Of a DNA stretch of 64,000 bases, positions 57,140 through 64,000 are shown piece after piece. Position numbers and translations under genes: made by a program. The stretch's first letter is position 1; each line of letters starts with the position of its first letter. The notes under the pieces are model-generated. The model saw only the letters and a list, made by a program, of their open reading frames with translations. It searched no databases and had not been told where the DNA came from. The stretch spans positions 1,598-65,597 of the forward strand of contig JAGVYW010000003.1 in the NCBI GenBank assembly GCA_018303075.1, in the 5' to 3' direction. Origin of the DNA: Candidatus Woesearchaeota archaeon (GTDB taxonomy: Archaea > Nanobdellota > Nanobdellia > Woesearchaeales > DSVV01).

Positions 57140-58222
57140 TTATCTTGTCACTTCAAATGTTTTTATCTCTTCTCTCATCTTTTTTATTTTTGGATCATTT
57201 AATATTTTATTTCTTATTGGTTCTATTAATTTGTTAATATACTCAGCTGCTGTGTTTTTTAAATCCATCGGATGAATCTTTTTATTTTCAAATAGTTTTT
57301 CTAACTCAGCATAACTTTTTAAAACAATATTTCCACCGAATTTTTCAGGTCTTTTAACCTCTATTTCATCAACTAATTCAAAAATAATATATCTAAAATA
57401 TTCTAAAATTGGGTTTTCTGCAATAGTTCCTTCAGGACACCAAGCTTTTTTTACTTTTCTTTTTATATCTTCTTCAGAATCTGTCATGAAAATAGCTGTG
57501 TCTGGTTTTGATTTTGACATCTTTAATTCAATTGCCCTGTCAACTGTAGAAGTATCTGTTTTTGGCGGTTCTGCTAATCCAGCAAGCATATGGTGACTTA
57601 TAATAATTGGTTTCCAAAATCCAAGATCTTGTGCTAATTCCCTTGCCAACATACTTACCTTACGCTGATCCATCCCTAATTGACAAATGTCAACTTTTAA
57701 ATGAAATATATCTGCAGTCTGCATACATGGATAAAATATCTGCGATGCTTGAAGATTATCAGATTCAGATCTTCCCATGATCTGCACTGTTCTGAGAACT
57801 CTTTTTAATGTGCTTTTTCTTGCAATCTGCATCACTGTTTTCCAATATTCTGTATCATCTAACAAATCAGATGCCCATACAAATTCAATATTCTTTAAAT
57901 CCATCCCGCATGCTTTCCATACTTCAATATAATAATGCCCTACTTTTTGGATTTTCTCTAAATCTCCACCCATCTTATTGTTTGCCCAAGCATGCCAATC
58001 TGCAACAAGCATCTTAAATTTAATGCCTACTTTTGTCATCTTATTAATATTAATTGAACGCATTAAACCTTGAGCTATGTGAATATCTGTGCCAGAAGGC
58101 TCGAAACCATCATATGCAACAGGATGTGTTTTTGTCTCAAGCAGTGTTTTCAATTCTTCTTCTGTGACTATTTCTTCTCCTACTTGTTTAATAAGATCAA
58201 GCTTTGTTTGAATATCCATCAT
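57140..58222 (-). CDS. tyrS: tyrosyl-tRNA synthetase (archaeal type)
   Basis: Collinear with M. jannaschii TyrRS incl. KMSKS and C-terminal KRPEKFGG...HPMDLKN. Confidence 0.85.
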   Translation of the reverse strand: MMDIQTKLDLIKQVGEEIVTEEELKTLLETKTHPVAYDGFEPSGTDIHIAQGLMRSININKMTKVGIKFKMLVADWHAWANNKMGGDLEKIQKVGHYYIEVWKACGMDLKNIEFVWASDLLDDTEYWKTVMQIARKSTLKRVLRTVQIMGRSESDNLQASQIFYPCMQTADIFHLKVDICQLGMDQRKVSMLARELAQDLGFWKPIIISHHMLAGLAEPPKTDTSTVDRAIELKMSKSKPDTAIFMTDSEEDIKRKVKKAWCPEGTIAENPILEYFRYIIFELVDEIEVKRPEKFGGNIVLKSYAELEKLFENKKIHPMDLKNTAAEYINKLIEPIRNKILNDPKIKKMREEIKTFEVTR

Positions 58223-58281
58223 ACAAGCATTTTTATTTTATTATATAAATGTTTTTAAATTAATGAGGTATTCTAGCTTCT

Positions 58282-58839
58282 ATGCTTTCAGTATCTGATA
58301 TATTGATGTACAACTATTGCCAGCGAAAACTTTTTTTGCAGAAGGTTCTTGGTATTATAGAGAAAGCACCAAAAGAAATTACTTTTTCTGGAACAATTAA
58401 ACATCAGGTGAGTTCTTCTATTCTTGGATTGCGAGGTGTTATTGACCAGCTTGAGATATCTGGAGAATCAGTTATACCTGTTGAATTAAAGACAGGAAAA
58501 GCACCAAAACAAGGAGTGTATGAACAGCACCAGTTACAATTAGCTGCATATATTTTACTTCTACAAGAACAATACCCAACTGCAACTTATGGCTATGTTT
58601 ATTATCTTGCAAGCAATGAGAAGAAAAAAGTACTGATTAATCCTTTTCTTAAGCAGGAGGTGATGCAGCTGCTTAATTCCTCTAAAAAACTGCTTTCTAA
58701 ACAAGTACTACCTTCATATTGTGAAAATAAGCAAAAATGTCTGAATTGTGAGATAAAAAAGTATTGCTATCATGAATCGTATGTAGCTGAGAAAATGCAA
58801 AATATTATGAATCATTCGAAAGCTTTAAATAATACTTAA
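58282..58839 (+). CDS. Cas4-like PD-(D/E)xK nuclease with Fe-S Cys cluster (stand-alone, no CRISPR nearby)
   Basis: N-terminal Cys (YNYCQRK), D...E-L-K core (IDQLEI...VELKTGK), C-terminal CENKQKCLNCEIKKYC. Confidence 0.6.
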   Translation: MLSVSDILMYNYCQRKLFLQKVLGIIEKAPKEITFSGTIKHQVSSSILGLRGVIDQLEISGESVIPVELKTGKAPKQGVYEQHQLQLAAYILLLQEQYPTATYGYVYYLASNEKKKVLINPFLKQEVMQLLNSSKKLLSKQVLPSYCENKQKCLNCEIKKYCYHESYVAEKMQNIMNHSKALNNT

Positions 58840-58916
58840 GGCTCACTCTTTTTGTGCATGTTACTCTTGAAAAATAGGTATTGTAGCGTGTTAAAAATGA
58901 TAATTAATAATATGTA

Positions 58917-59204
58917 ATGATTTATAAAGAGGGAAATTCAATGGCAGATGAAGATAAGAAATTTTCAAAACAATTGCTTGGTAAGACAGTTGTATCAAAA
59001 TCAGGAAAAAGATTTGGTGAAGTAGGAGATTTAATATTTGAAACACGTTCTGGTGAACTAATCCACATGGTATTAGTTAATCCAACAAGTTATACTGAAA
59101 AACTTGAACTAGAACGCGATAAAGAAGGAAATATCCTTGTGCCATTTTCAGCAGTTATTGCAATCGGCGATTTTATGGTTATTTCTGAAGAGGATATTAT
59201 TTAA
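58917..59204 (+). CDS. PRC-barrel domain protein
   Basis: LLGKTVVSKSGKRFGEVGDLIFETRSGEL typical PRC barrel. Confidence 0.6.
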   Translation: MIYKEGNSMADEDKKFSKQLLGKTVVSKSGKRFGEVGDLIFETRSGELIHMVLVNPTSYTEKLELERDKEGNILVPFSAVIAIGDFMVISEEDII

Positions 59205-59271
59205 TTGATTTTTTTCTATAAAATCTCAGAAAAAATAAAGCTTTTATAGTAGTTCTTTCAGAAAAGCAACA

Positions 59272-59535
59272 ATGGCACGAAAAGCAAAGAAATTTACTGA
59301 TCATGAGAAAGAAAAGCTTGAGAAAGAACAAGCATACCTCTCTAATGAAAGGACTTTACTTTCTTTTATTAGAACTTCATTAACATTTATTTTAGTTGGA
59401 TTAGGTATTTTTACTCTTTCAGAGAATACACATCGGTTGTATCTTGCATTCTTATTTGTTGCTGTAGGGTTGATTTTTGGAGTTTATGGGTATAAGAACT
59501 TCAGAAAGGTAAAATCACTAATATCCCTTTTATAA
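59272..59535 (+). CDS. DUF202/YidH-like small membrane protein
   Basis: ERTLLSFIRTSLTFILVGLGIF signature. Confidence 0.5.
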   Translation: MARKAKKFTDHEKEKLEKEQAYLSNERTLLSFIRTSLTFILVGLGIFTLSENTHRLYLAFLFVAVGLIFGVYGYKNFRKVKSLISLL

Positions 59536-59656
59536 TCAACTTTAGTCTCTTTTTAGTGGGTTTATTGTTTTTTACAAAATTTTAAGGAAAGCTTTTTAAA
59601 TAGCTAATTTTTTCTAGTATCTTAATAATAAAAGATTAAGAAGTGAGGCATATATT

Positions 59657-59926
59657 ATGGTAGAACCAAAATTAAGATCACGATCATTTAAGAGAACACA
59701 TGTAGTTACACCTGGAAATAGGAATGTTCTTCATTATAGAAGAAGGAATCCTAATCCTGTTAAATGCAGATTGTGCAAAGGTGTATTAAAAGGAATCCCT
59801 CGTGTAAGGTCAAATGCATTACGACAATTAGCTAAGTCAAAGAAAACAGTTGCTAGACCATATGGCGGCAATTTGTGCAGTAGATGCACTAGAGCATTGT
59901 TAAAAGATAAAGCAAGAACTATGTAA
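59657..59926 (+). CDS. rpl34e: 50S ribosomal protein L34e
   Basis: RSRSFKR...TPGNR...zinc-ribbon CRLC...CSRC; length 89 aa. Confidence 0.8.
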   Translation: MVEPKLRSRSFKRTHVVTPGNRNVLHYRRRNPNPVKCRLCKGVLKGIPRVRSNALRQLAKSKKTVARPYGGNLCSRCTRALLKDKARTM

Positions 59927-60038
59927 ACTTGTTTTATTCTGAGTAGTCTCTTTATGTTATTGGTGACAATAATGGCCTAAGTTTAGAGAAAAAGAGGCAT
60001 GAACTATAATTATAATATTAAGTGATATAATAAATTAA

Positions 60039-60341
60039 TTGTGTGGTGAGACTATGTTTAGTATTGGAAGAGTTTGTTTAAAAATAGCAGGAAGAGATTC
60101 TGACTGCAAATGTGTAATTATTGATGTTATTGACAGTAATTATGTTCTTATTGATGGGCAAACAAGAAGAAGAAAATGCAATATTGACCATCTTGAGCCA
60201 TTGCCGCAAAGAGTTGAAATTGAGAAAAATGCTTTGTATGATGCTGTTGTCAAAGCATTGCAGATAGTTGGTGTTGTCTGCGAAGAGAAAAAAGAAGCAA
60301 AAATTCCTAAAGCTGAGAAGAAAGAAGCAGATAAGGAATAA
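60039..60341 (+). CDS. rpl14e: 50S ribosomal protein L14e
   Basis: KOW-like GRVCLKIAGRDSD...VIIDVID...VLIDG. Confidence 0.7.
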   Translation: MCGETMFSIGRVCLKIAGRDSDCKCVIIDVIDSNYVLIDGQTRRRKCNIDHLEPLPQRVEIEKNALYDAVVKALQIVGVVCEEKKEAKIPKAEKKEADKE

Positions 60342-60370
60342 ATCTGTTTATTATTTCTTAATTTTTTATT

Positions 60371-62026
60371 TCAATTATTTTTACTTACTAATTCAAATAA
60401 CATATTGCAATCTAATTCACATACAGCTATAGGTGTATCAATTGTAAAATTAGTTAATACTGTCGGATGTAATTCTCCTAGAAAACCAAGTGATATTTTG
60501 TTTACAATTACTTCTGCAACTCTTCCTGGAATAAATGATGGATGCGCTGTTTCTTTGATTGTGTATTCTATTGAAAACATACGCAGGAGATAATCAATAA
60601 CTTGTTTTATTTTGGTGTAATCTATTTCTGGATTGCATAATACTATAGAAAGATGCTGTTTTTCGTCGACAAGTGTTGCTTTTTGCTTGTCTGGCAGAAA
60701 AACTGTTGCAATTTCGAAAATATTTTGTGGATATTCATTGTGCTTGTTTTCCTTTAAAATCTGTAATAAGCTTGGCAATAACCAACTGCGTAAGGTATTG
60801 TATTCAATGCTTATAGGATCAACTAGTGGAATAACTTCTGATTGAATATTCATATTGTTTAATTGCAGTGTTTTTGGGATAAGGTGGTATGAGTTTGTTT
60901 CTAAAAAGTTTAAACCAATAAGCAGATAGATTATCTTTTTCTTGAATTTTTCAAATTCATCTTCTTGTGCAATAGTTGCAACTTTTGGAATAATCTCCTC
61001 TAAATTCTCATAACCATAAGCTATTGCGATATCTTCAATCAAATCTACTTGATGCAAAATATCAGCTCTATATGATGGAATCAATGCTTTGCCATTCTTA
61101 TAACCAAAACCCATTGATGCAAGATATTTTATCATCTCTTTTTCATTTAAATTTAAACCTAGACGTTTATTCACATAATTTATATCTATTTTCATCTCAG
61201 AAGGGTTTAAATTTGGAGTTGTAGATGTTTTGTTAGGGTATATCATTTCTATTGAATAGATTTCACCACCCATATCTGCTAATGTTGTCACAAACATGTT
61301 TAATGCAATCTCTACGTTCTGATAATCTGTACCTGTACATTCAATAAATACATCTTTTGTAGTCTCATCAATCTTTCCAAGATCGTCTGAATTAGTATAT
61401 GGCAGCATTGAAAGAACTTTTCCTTTGCAGTCGATATAGAATGGATACTTTGTCCAAGATTCTGTGATTTGTTTGTATTCTTTTCCTGTTGGATGTAATT
61501 CTTCTATCTTATCTGCTGGAATATCTTCTTTGAAACCAAGAGGTTTAAATTTTATTGTTTTTGGATCTTTTGCAATATAAGTTATAGGGAAATTAATTTT
61601 TTGTAATGGATAAATACCATAACATGATTTTTTTCTTTTTCTTCCATGTGTTGTTGCTAATTTTTCCTGCATTTGTATTATTTCCCTGATGCGTTCATCA
61701 TTAAACTTAAGATTCTTTACAATTGCACATGCTGTATATGGGCGCATAGCTACTGATTTATCTACAATTACTTTACAATTAGAAGATTTAATCTTATATT
61801 CCCTTAATCCTGTCTTAATCCCTATAAATGAAGAAAATGCTCTTGCAAAACCTTGTTCAGATAATAAATCAGGCCTGTTTGGAAAAATCTCAACATGAAT
61901 TTCGTCACTTTCGATTTTCTCTAAATTAGTACCTAACATTGAAATCCTATCTTTAAGCTTATCAATAGGGAGTTTCTTTCCAATAACTTTCTCAAGTACA
62001 CTTTTTTTTAATACGATTGTTGGCAT
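60371..62026 (-). CDS. pheT: phenylalanyl-tRNA synthetase beta subunit
   Basis: 551 aa, archaeal PheT architecture downstream of pheS. Confidence 0.85.
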   Translation of the reverse strand: MPTIVLKKSVLEKVIGKKLPIDKLKDRISMLGTNLEKIESDEIHVEIFPNRPDLLSEQGFARAFSSFIGIKTGLREYKIKSSNCKVIVDKSVAMRPYTACAIVKNLKFNDERIREIIQMQEKLATTHGRKRKKSCYGIYPLQKINFPITYIAKDPKTIKFKPLGFKEDIPADKIEELHPTGKEYKQITESWTKYPFYIDCKGKVLSMLPYTNSDDLGKIDETTKDVFIECTGTDYQNVEIALNMFVTTLADMGGEIYSIEMIYPNKTSTTPNLNPSEMKIDINYVNKRLGLNLNEKEMIKYLASMGFGYKNGKALIPSYRADILHQVDLIEDIAIAYGYENLEEIIPKVATIAQEDEFEKFKKKIIYLLIGLNFLETNSYHLIPKTLQLNNMNIQSEVIPLVDPISIEYNTLRSWLLPSLLQILKENKHNEYPQNIFEIATVFLPDKQKATLVDEKQHLSIVLCNPEIDYTKIKQVIDYLLRMFSIEYTIKETAHPSFIPGRVAEVIVNKISLGFLGELHPTVLTNFTIDTPIAVCELDCNMLFELVSKNN

Positions 62027-62044
62027 AATTCACCTATCAACTAA

Positions 62045-63592
62045 TTATTTTATCCATAACTTCATTTCTCTTAATTGTTTTAAATCGTTTTTGTACATAT
62101 CTCGAATATCAGTAATACCATAATATGAACTGACTATTCTTCCTGTGCCTAAACCCCATGCTAATACAGGAATGTCTTCGCCAAGCAATGGAATAACAAC
62201 TTCTGGACGGAAAATACCAGCACCGCCTAGTTCAATCCATTCTTTTTTTACTGGATGAAGCACATCAACTTCAACAGAAGGTTCTGTGTAAGGAAAATGT
62301 GCTGGCCTGATTCGTACATCTGGGTATCCCATCTTTCCGAAAAATTCTCTCAGATAGCCTTTGAGATGCTTAAAATTAGCATTTGGATCAATAACAATAC
62401 CATCAATCTGATAAAATTCAAATAAATGTTTCCAGTCCAAAGCTTCATTTCTGAATACTTTGCCGACTGTAAAAAATTTGGCGGGAAGATCTTGTTTTTT
62501 TAATTGTTGTAATTTTAATGCACTTAATACTGTTGTATGCGTTCTAAGTAAAATTTTACTAGCTTCTTCTTCACTCCATTTATATCTCCAACCTTTACTG
62601 CCAGTATCTGCACCATTTTCATGGACATATTTTATCTTCTTGAAATCTTTTGGAAGTCTGCCATGCATTATTTTTTTATTGCCTAAGTAAAATGTGTCTT
62701 GCATTGTTCTAGCCGGATGATCTTGTGGGACAAAAAGCATATCTAAATCTTGGTATGCAGTATGCACATAATTACCTGTCATTTCTTTAAAACCCATGTC
62801 TAACCAGATCTGTTTTACATATTCAATTGCTTGATTCTCAAAATGGCGTTTGCCCCCAGTAATCTTTGGGACATTAATCTCAACGTCAAATCGCCTGAAT
62901 TTTGCATCTTTCCAAGAATTATTTTTTAACATCTCTTGTGTTAATTTTTCTGTGATGCTCACAGAAAAATTCATTTTTGATAGTTCTTTACCAATTTCTG
63001 TGAGTGAGATTGTTTTTGGTTTTCTTAGTTCTATTCTAATAATATCTTTTCTCTGTTTTAATTCATTCATGCTTTCTGTTTCATCAAGAGTCAAAGAAGC
63101 AATGTCTCGTTCTTCTGCTGTAAGTGATCTTAAGAACTGATAATCATATTTTTGTTTTTCTAATACTTTCTTTCCTTCCTCTGTTATTGTTATCTGGAGA
63201 TTGTTTGCTTCTTTTTTTATTGTGACTGCATTTTTTCTTCGTAATAAACCAATACATACTGAATATTCAGCTTCATCGAGTTTTGCAAATTTCTTTATTT
63301 CATCTGTCATTTGAGAAGAAGATTTTATTGCTTCAAGAAATCTTTGTTCAGGGAGACCAATCTTGCTGTAGGTTCTGCCATTATTATCTAACAAAACAAC
63401 TTCTTTAAGCTCTTCTTTTGTTGTAATTATCTTTTTGTTCTCTAACCATTGCAATGCTCTAATCACTTCAACTTCCTGCAATTTTGATGCTAAAACTATC
63501 TTATCTGGTGTGTTGTTTTCTTTTATCAGAGGAAGAACTTTTCTTTCTAATGGATGCAATTTTTCAAAGAGTATTTGTATGTCTTGCTGCAT
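62045..63592 (-). CDS. pheS: phenylalanyl-tRNA synthetase alpha subunit
   Basis: Class II core motifs (FPYTEPS, GAGIFRPEV), N-terminal wH repeats. Confidence 0.9.
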   Translation of the reverse strand: MQQDIQILFEKLHPLERKVLPLIKENNTPDKIVLASKLQEVEVIRALQWLENKKIITTKEELKEVVLLDNNGRTYSKIGLPEQRFLEAIKSSSQMTDEIKKFAKLDEAEYSVCIGLLRRKNAVTIKKEANNLQITITEEGKKVLEKQKYDYQFLRSLTAEERDIASLTLDETESMNELKQRKDIIRIELRKPKTISLTEIGKELSKMNFSVSITEKLTQEMLKNNSWKDAKFRRFDVEINVPKITGGKRHFENQAIEYVKQIWLDMGFKEMTGNYVHTAYQDLDMLFVPQDHPARTMQDTFYLGNKKIMHGRLPKDFKKIKYVHENGADTGSKGWRYKWSEEEASKILLRTHTTVLSALKLQQLKKQDLPAKFFTVGKVFRNEALDWKHLFEFYQIDGIVIDPNANFKHLKGYLREFFGKMGYPDVRIRPAHFPYTEPSVEVDVLHPVKKEWIELGGAGIFRPEVVIPLLGEDIPVLAWGLGTGRIVSSYYGITDIRDMYKNDLKQLREMKLWIK

Positions 63593-63677
63593 TATTGATT
63601 TAGATGATTAACTGGTATATAAGTATTTCTGAGTTTTTAATCAACTTTATATATCTCTTAGCCAATAAATTAAATCT

Positions 63678-64000
63678 ATGGGTATTAAAGATAATTTATT
63701 GAACAGCAATAAAAAAGCAATGGCTACTTTTGGAACAATTGTTGCTGTTATGGGCAGTGTTCTTATTGCAGTAGGGATTGCTTGGTTTCTTGCTAAGAAT
63801 TGGCATCAGATCTCTTCTTTCTTAAAGATTATAATCCTTCTAACTTTTACTTCTGCAGCGTATATTGCAGGGGTAATGTTGCCAACAAAGGGATATGCAG
63901 GTACAGGTAAAGCATTGCTTTTGTTAGGTGGATTGTTGTATACATTGAGTATTTTTTTAATTGCGCAGATATTTTTTACATCTTCGAATCTACAAGGGCA
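63678..64000 (+). CDS. membrane protein, partial (runs off window end)
   Basis: Hand-translated ORF MGIKDNLLNSNKKAMATFGTIVAVMGSVLIAVGIAWF... open to the end of the window. Confidence 0.4.
   Translation, partial: MGIKDNLLNSNKKAMATFGTIVAVMGSVLIAVGIAWFLAKNWHQISSFLKIIILLTFTSAAYIAGVMLPTKGYAGTGKALLLLGGLLYTLSIFLIAQIFFTSSNLQG

Noticed and set aside
1-64000. Looked for tRNA genes (GGTTCRAATCC T-loop), rRNA, CRISPR arrays (regular repeats with spacers), and DGR template/variable repeat pairs near the Cys-rich surface genes
   Set aside because: None found by eye. GGGTTCGAC at 4520 and GGGTTCAACC at 52820 lack cloverleaf pairing. No reverse transcriptase gene in the window.

Overview
AT-rich (roughly 30% GC) archaeal chromosomal segment. 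The archaeal-only replication and expression genes (TBP, MCM, PolD DP1/DP2, Orc1/Cdc6, Hjc, histone, FEN1, PAN, L34e, L14e, aIF2-beta, tRNA-splicing endonuclease), the dense gene packing and the frequent 1-20 bp gene overlaps point to a small-genome, possibly DPANN-like archaeon. The window has three parts. (1) 1-21.5 kb is an accessory island of secreted and surface proteins. It holds at least eight proteins with N-terminal pilin-like signal/anchor segments: two tiny Cys-rich paralogs, a 3-gene overlapping operon, and a 2047-aa type-I membrane protein with Cys-rich repeats. A 1218-aa/521-aa secreted-protein operon follows. Five of these genes share a nearly identical ~35-bp TATA-operator-SD leader, suggesting one regulon. 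A DUF4258-like/YgiT-zinc-ribbon toxin-antitoxin pair sits between the two giant-protein operons. (2) 21.7-27.8 kb holds a DUF4143 ATPase, a HEPN/MNT cassette bracketed by perfect 37-bp direct repeats (one copy is the 3' end of the RNase P Rpp30 gene), VapBC, and a SAMP(ThiS-like, C-terminal GG)-NcsA tRNA-thiolation operon headed by a THUMP/ThiI-like protein with a degenerate PP-loop. (3) 28-64 kb is core chromosome: TBP, MCM, an RPA32-like OB/wH protein, aIF2-beta, PolD large and small subunits and Orc1/Cdc6, ending at a textbook oriC (39494-39986). The oriC has two inverted 20-21-bp ORB elements (TTCCATAGGAACTCAAGGGG) flanking a ~335-bp, >85% AT unwinding element. Downstream are PRPP synthase, Hjc, histone, RNase Z, EndA, FEN1, Trm5, a NitT/TauT-type ABC transporter, TrmB and Lrp regulators, LysA-like decarboxylase, PAN, Xaa-Pro aminopeptidase, TyrRS, a stand-alone Cas4-like nuclease, L34e/L14e and PheRS alpha/beta. 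No tRNA, rRNA or CRISPR array was recognised. The candidates for a novel system are the surface-protein regulon with its shared operator-like leader and the repeat-flanked toxin-antitoxin mini-cassette.
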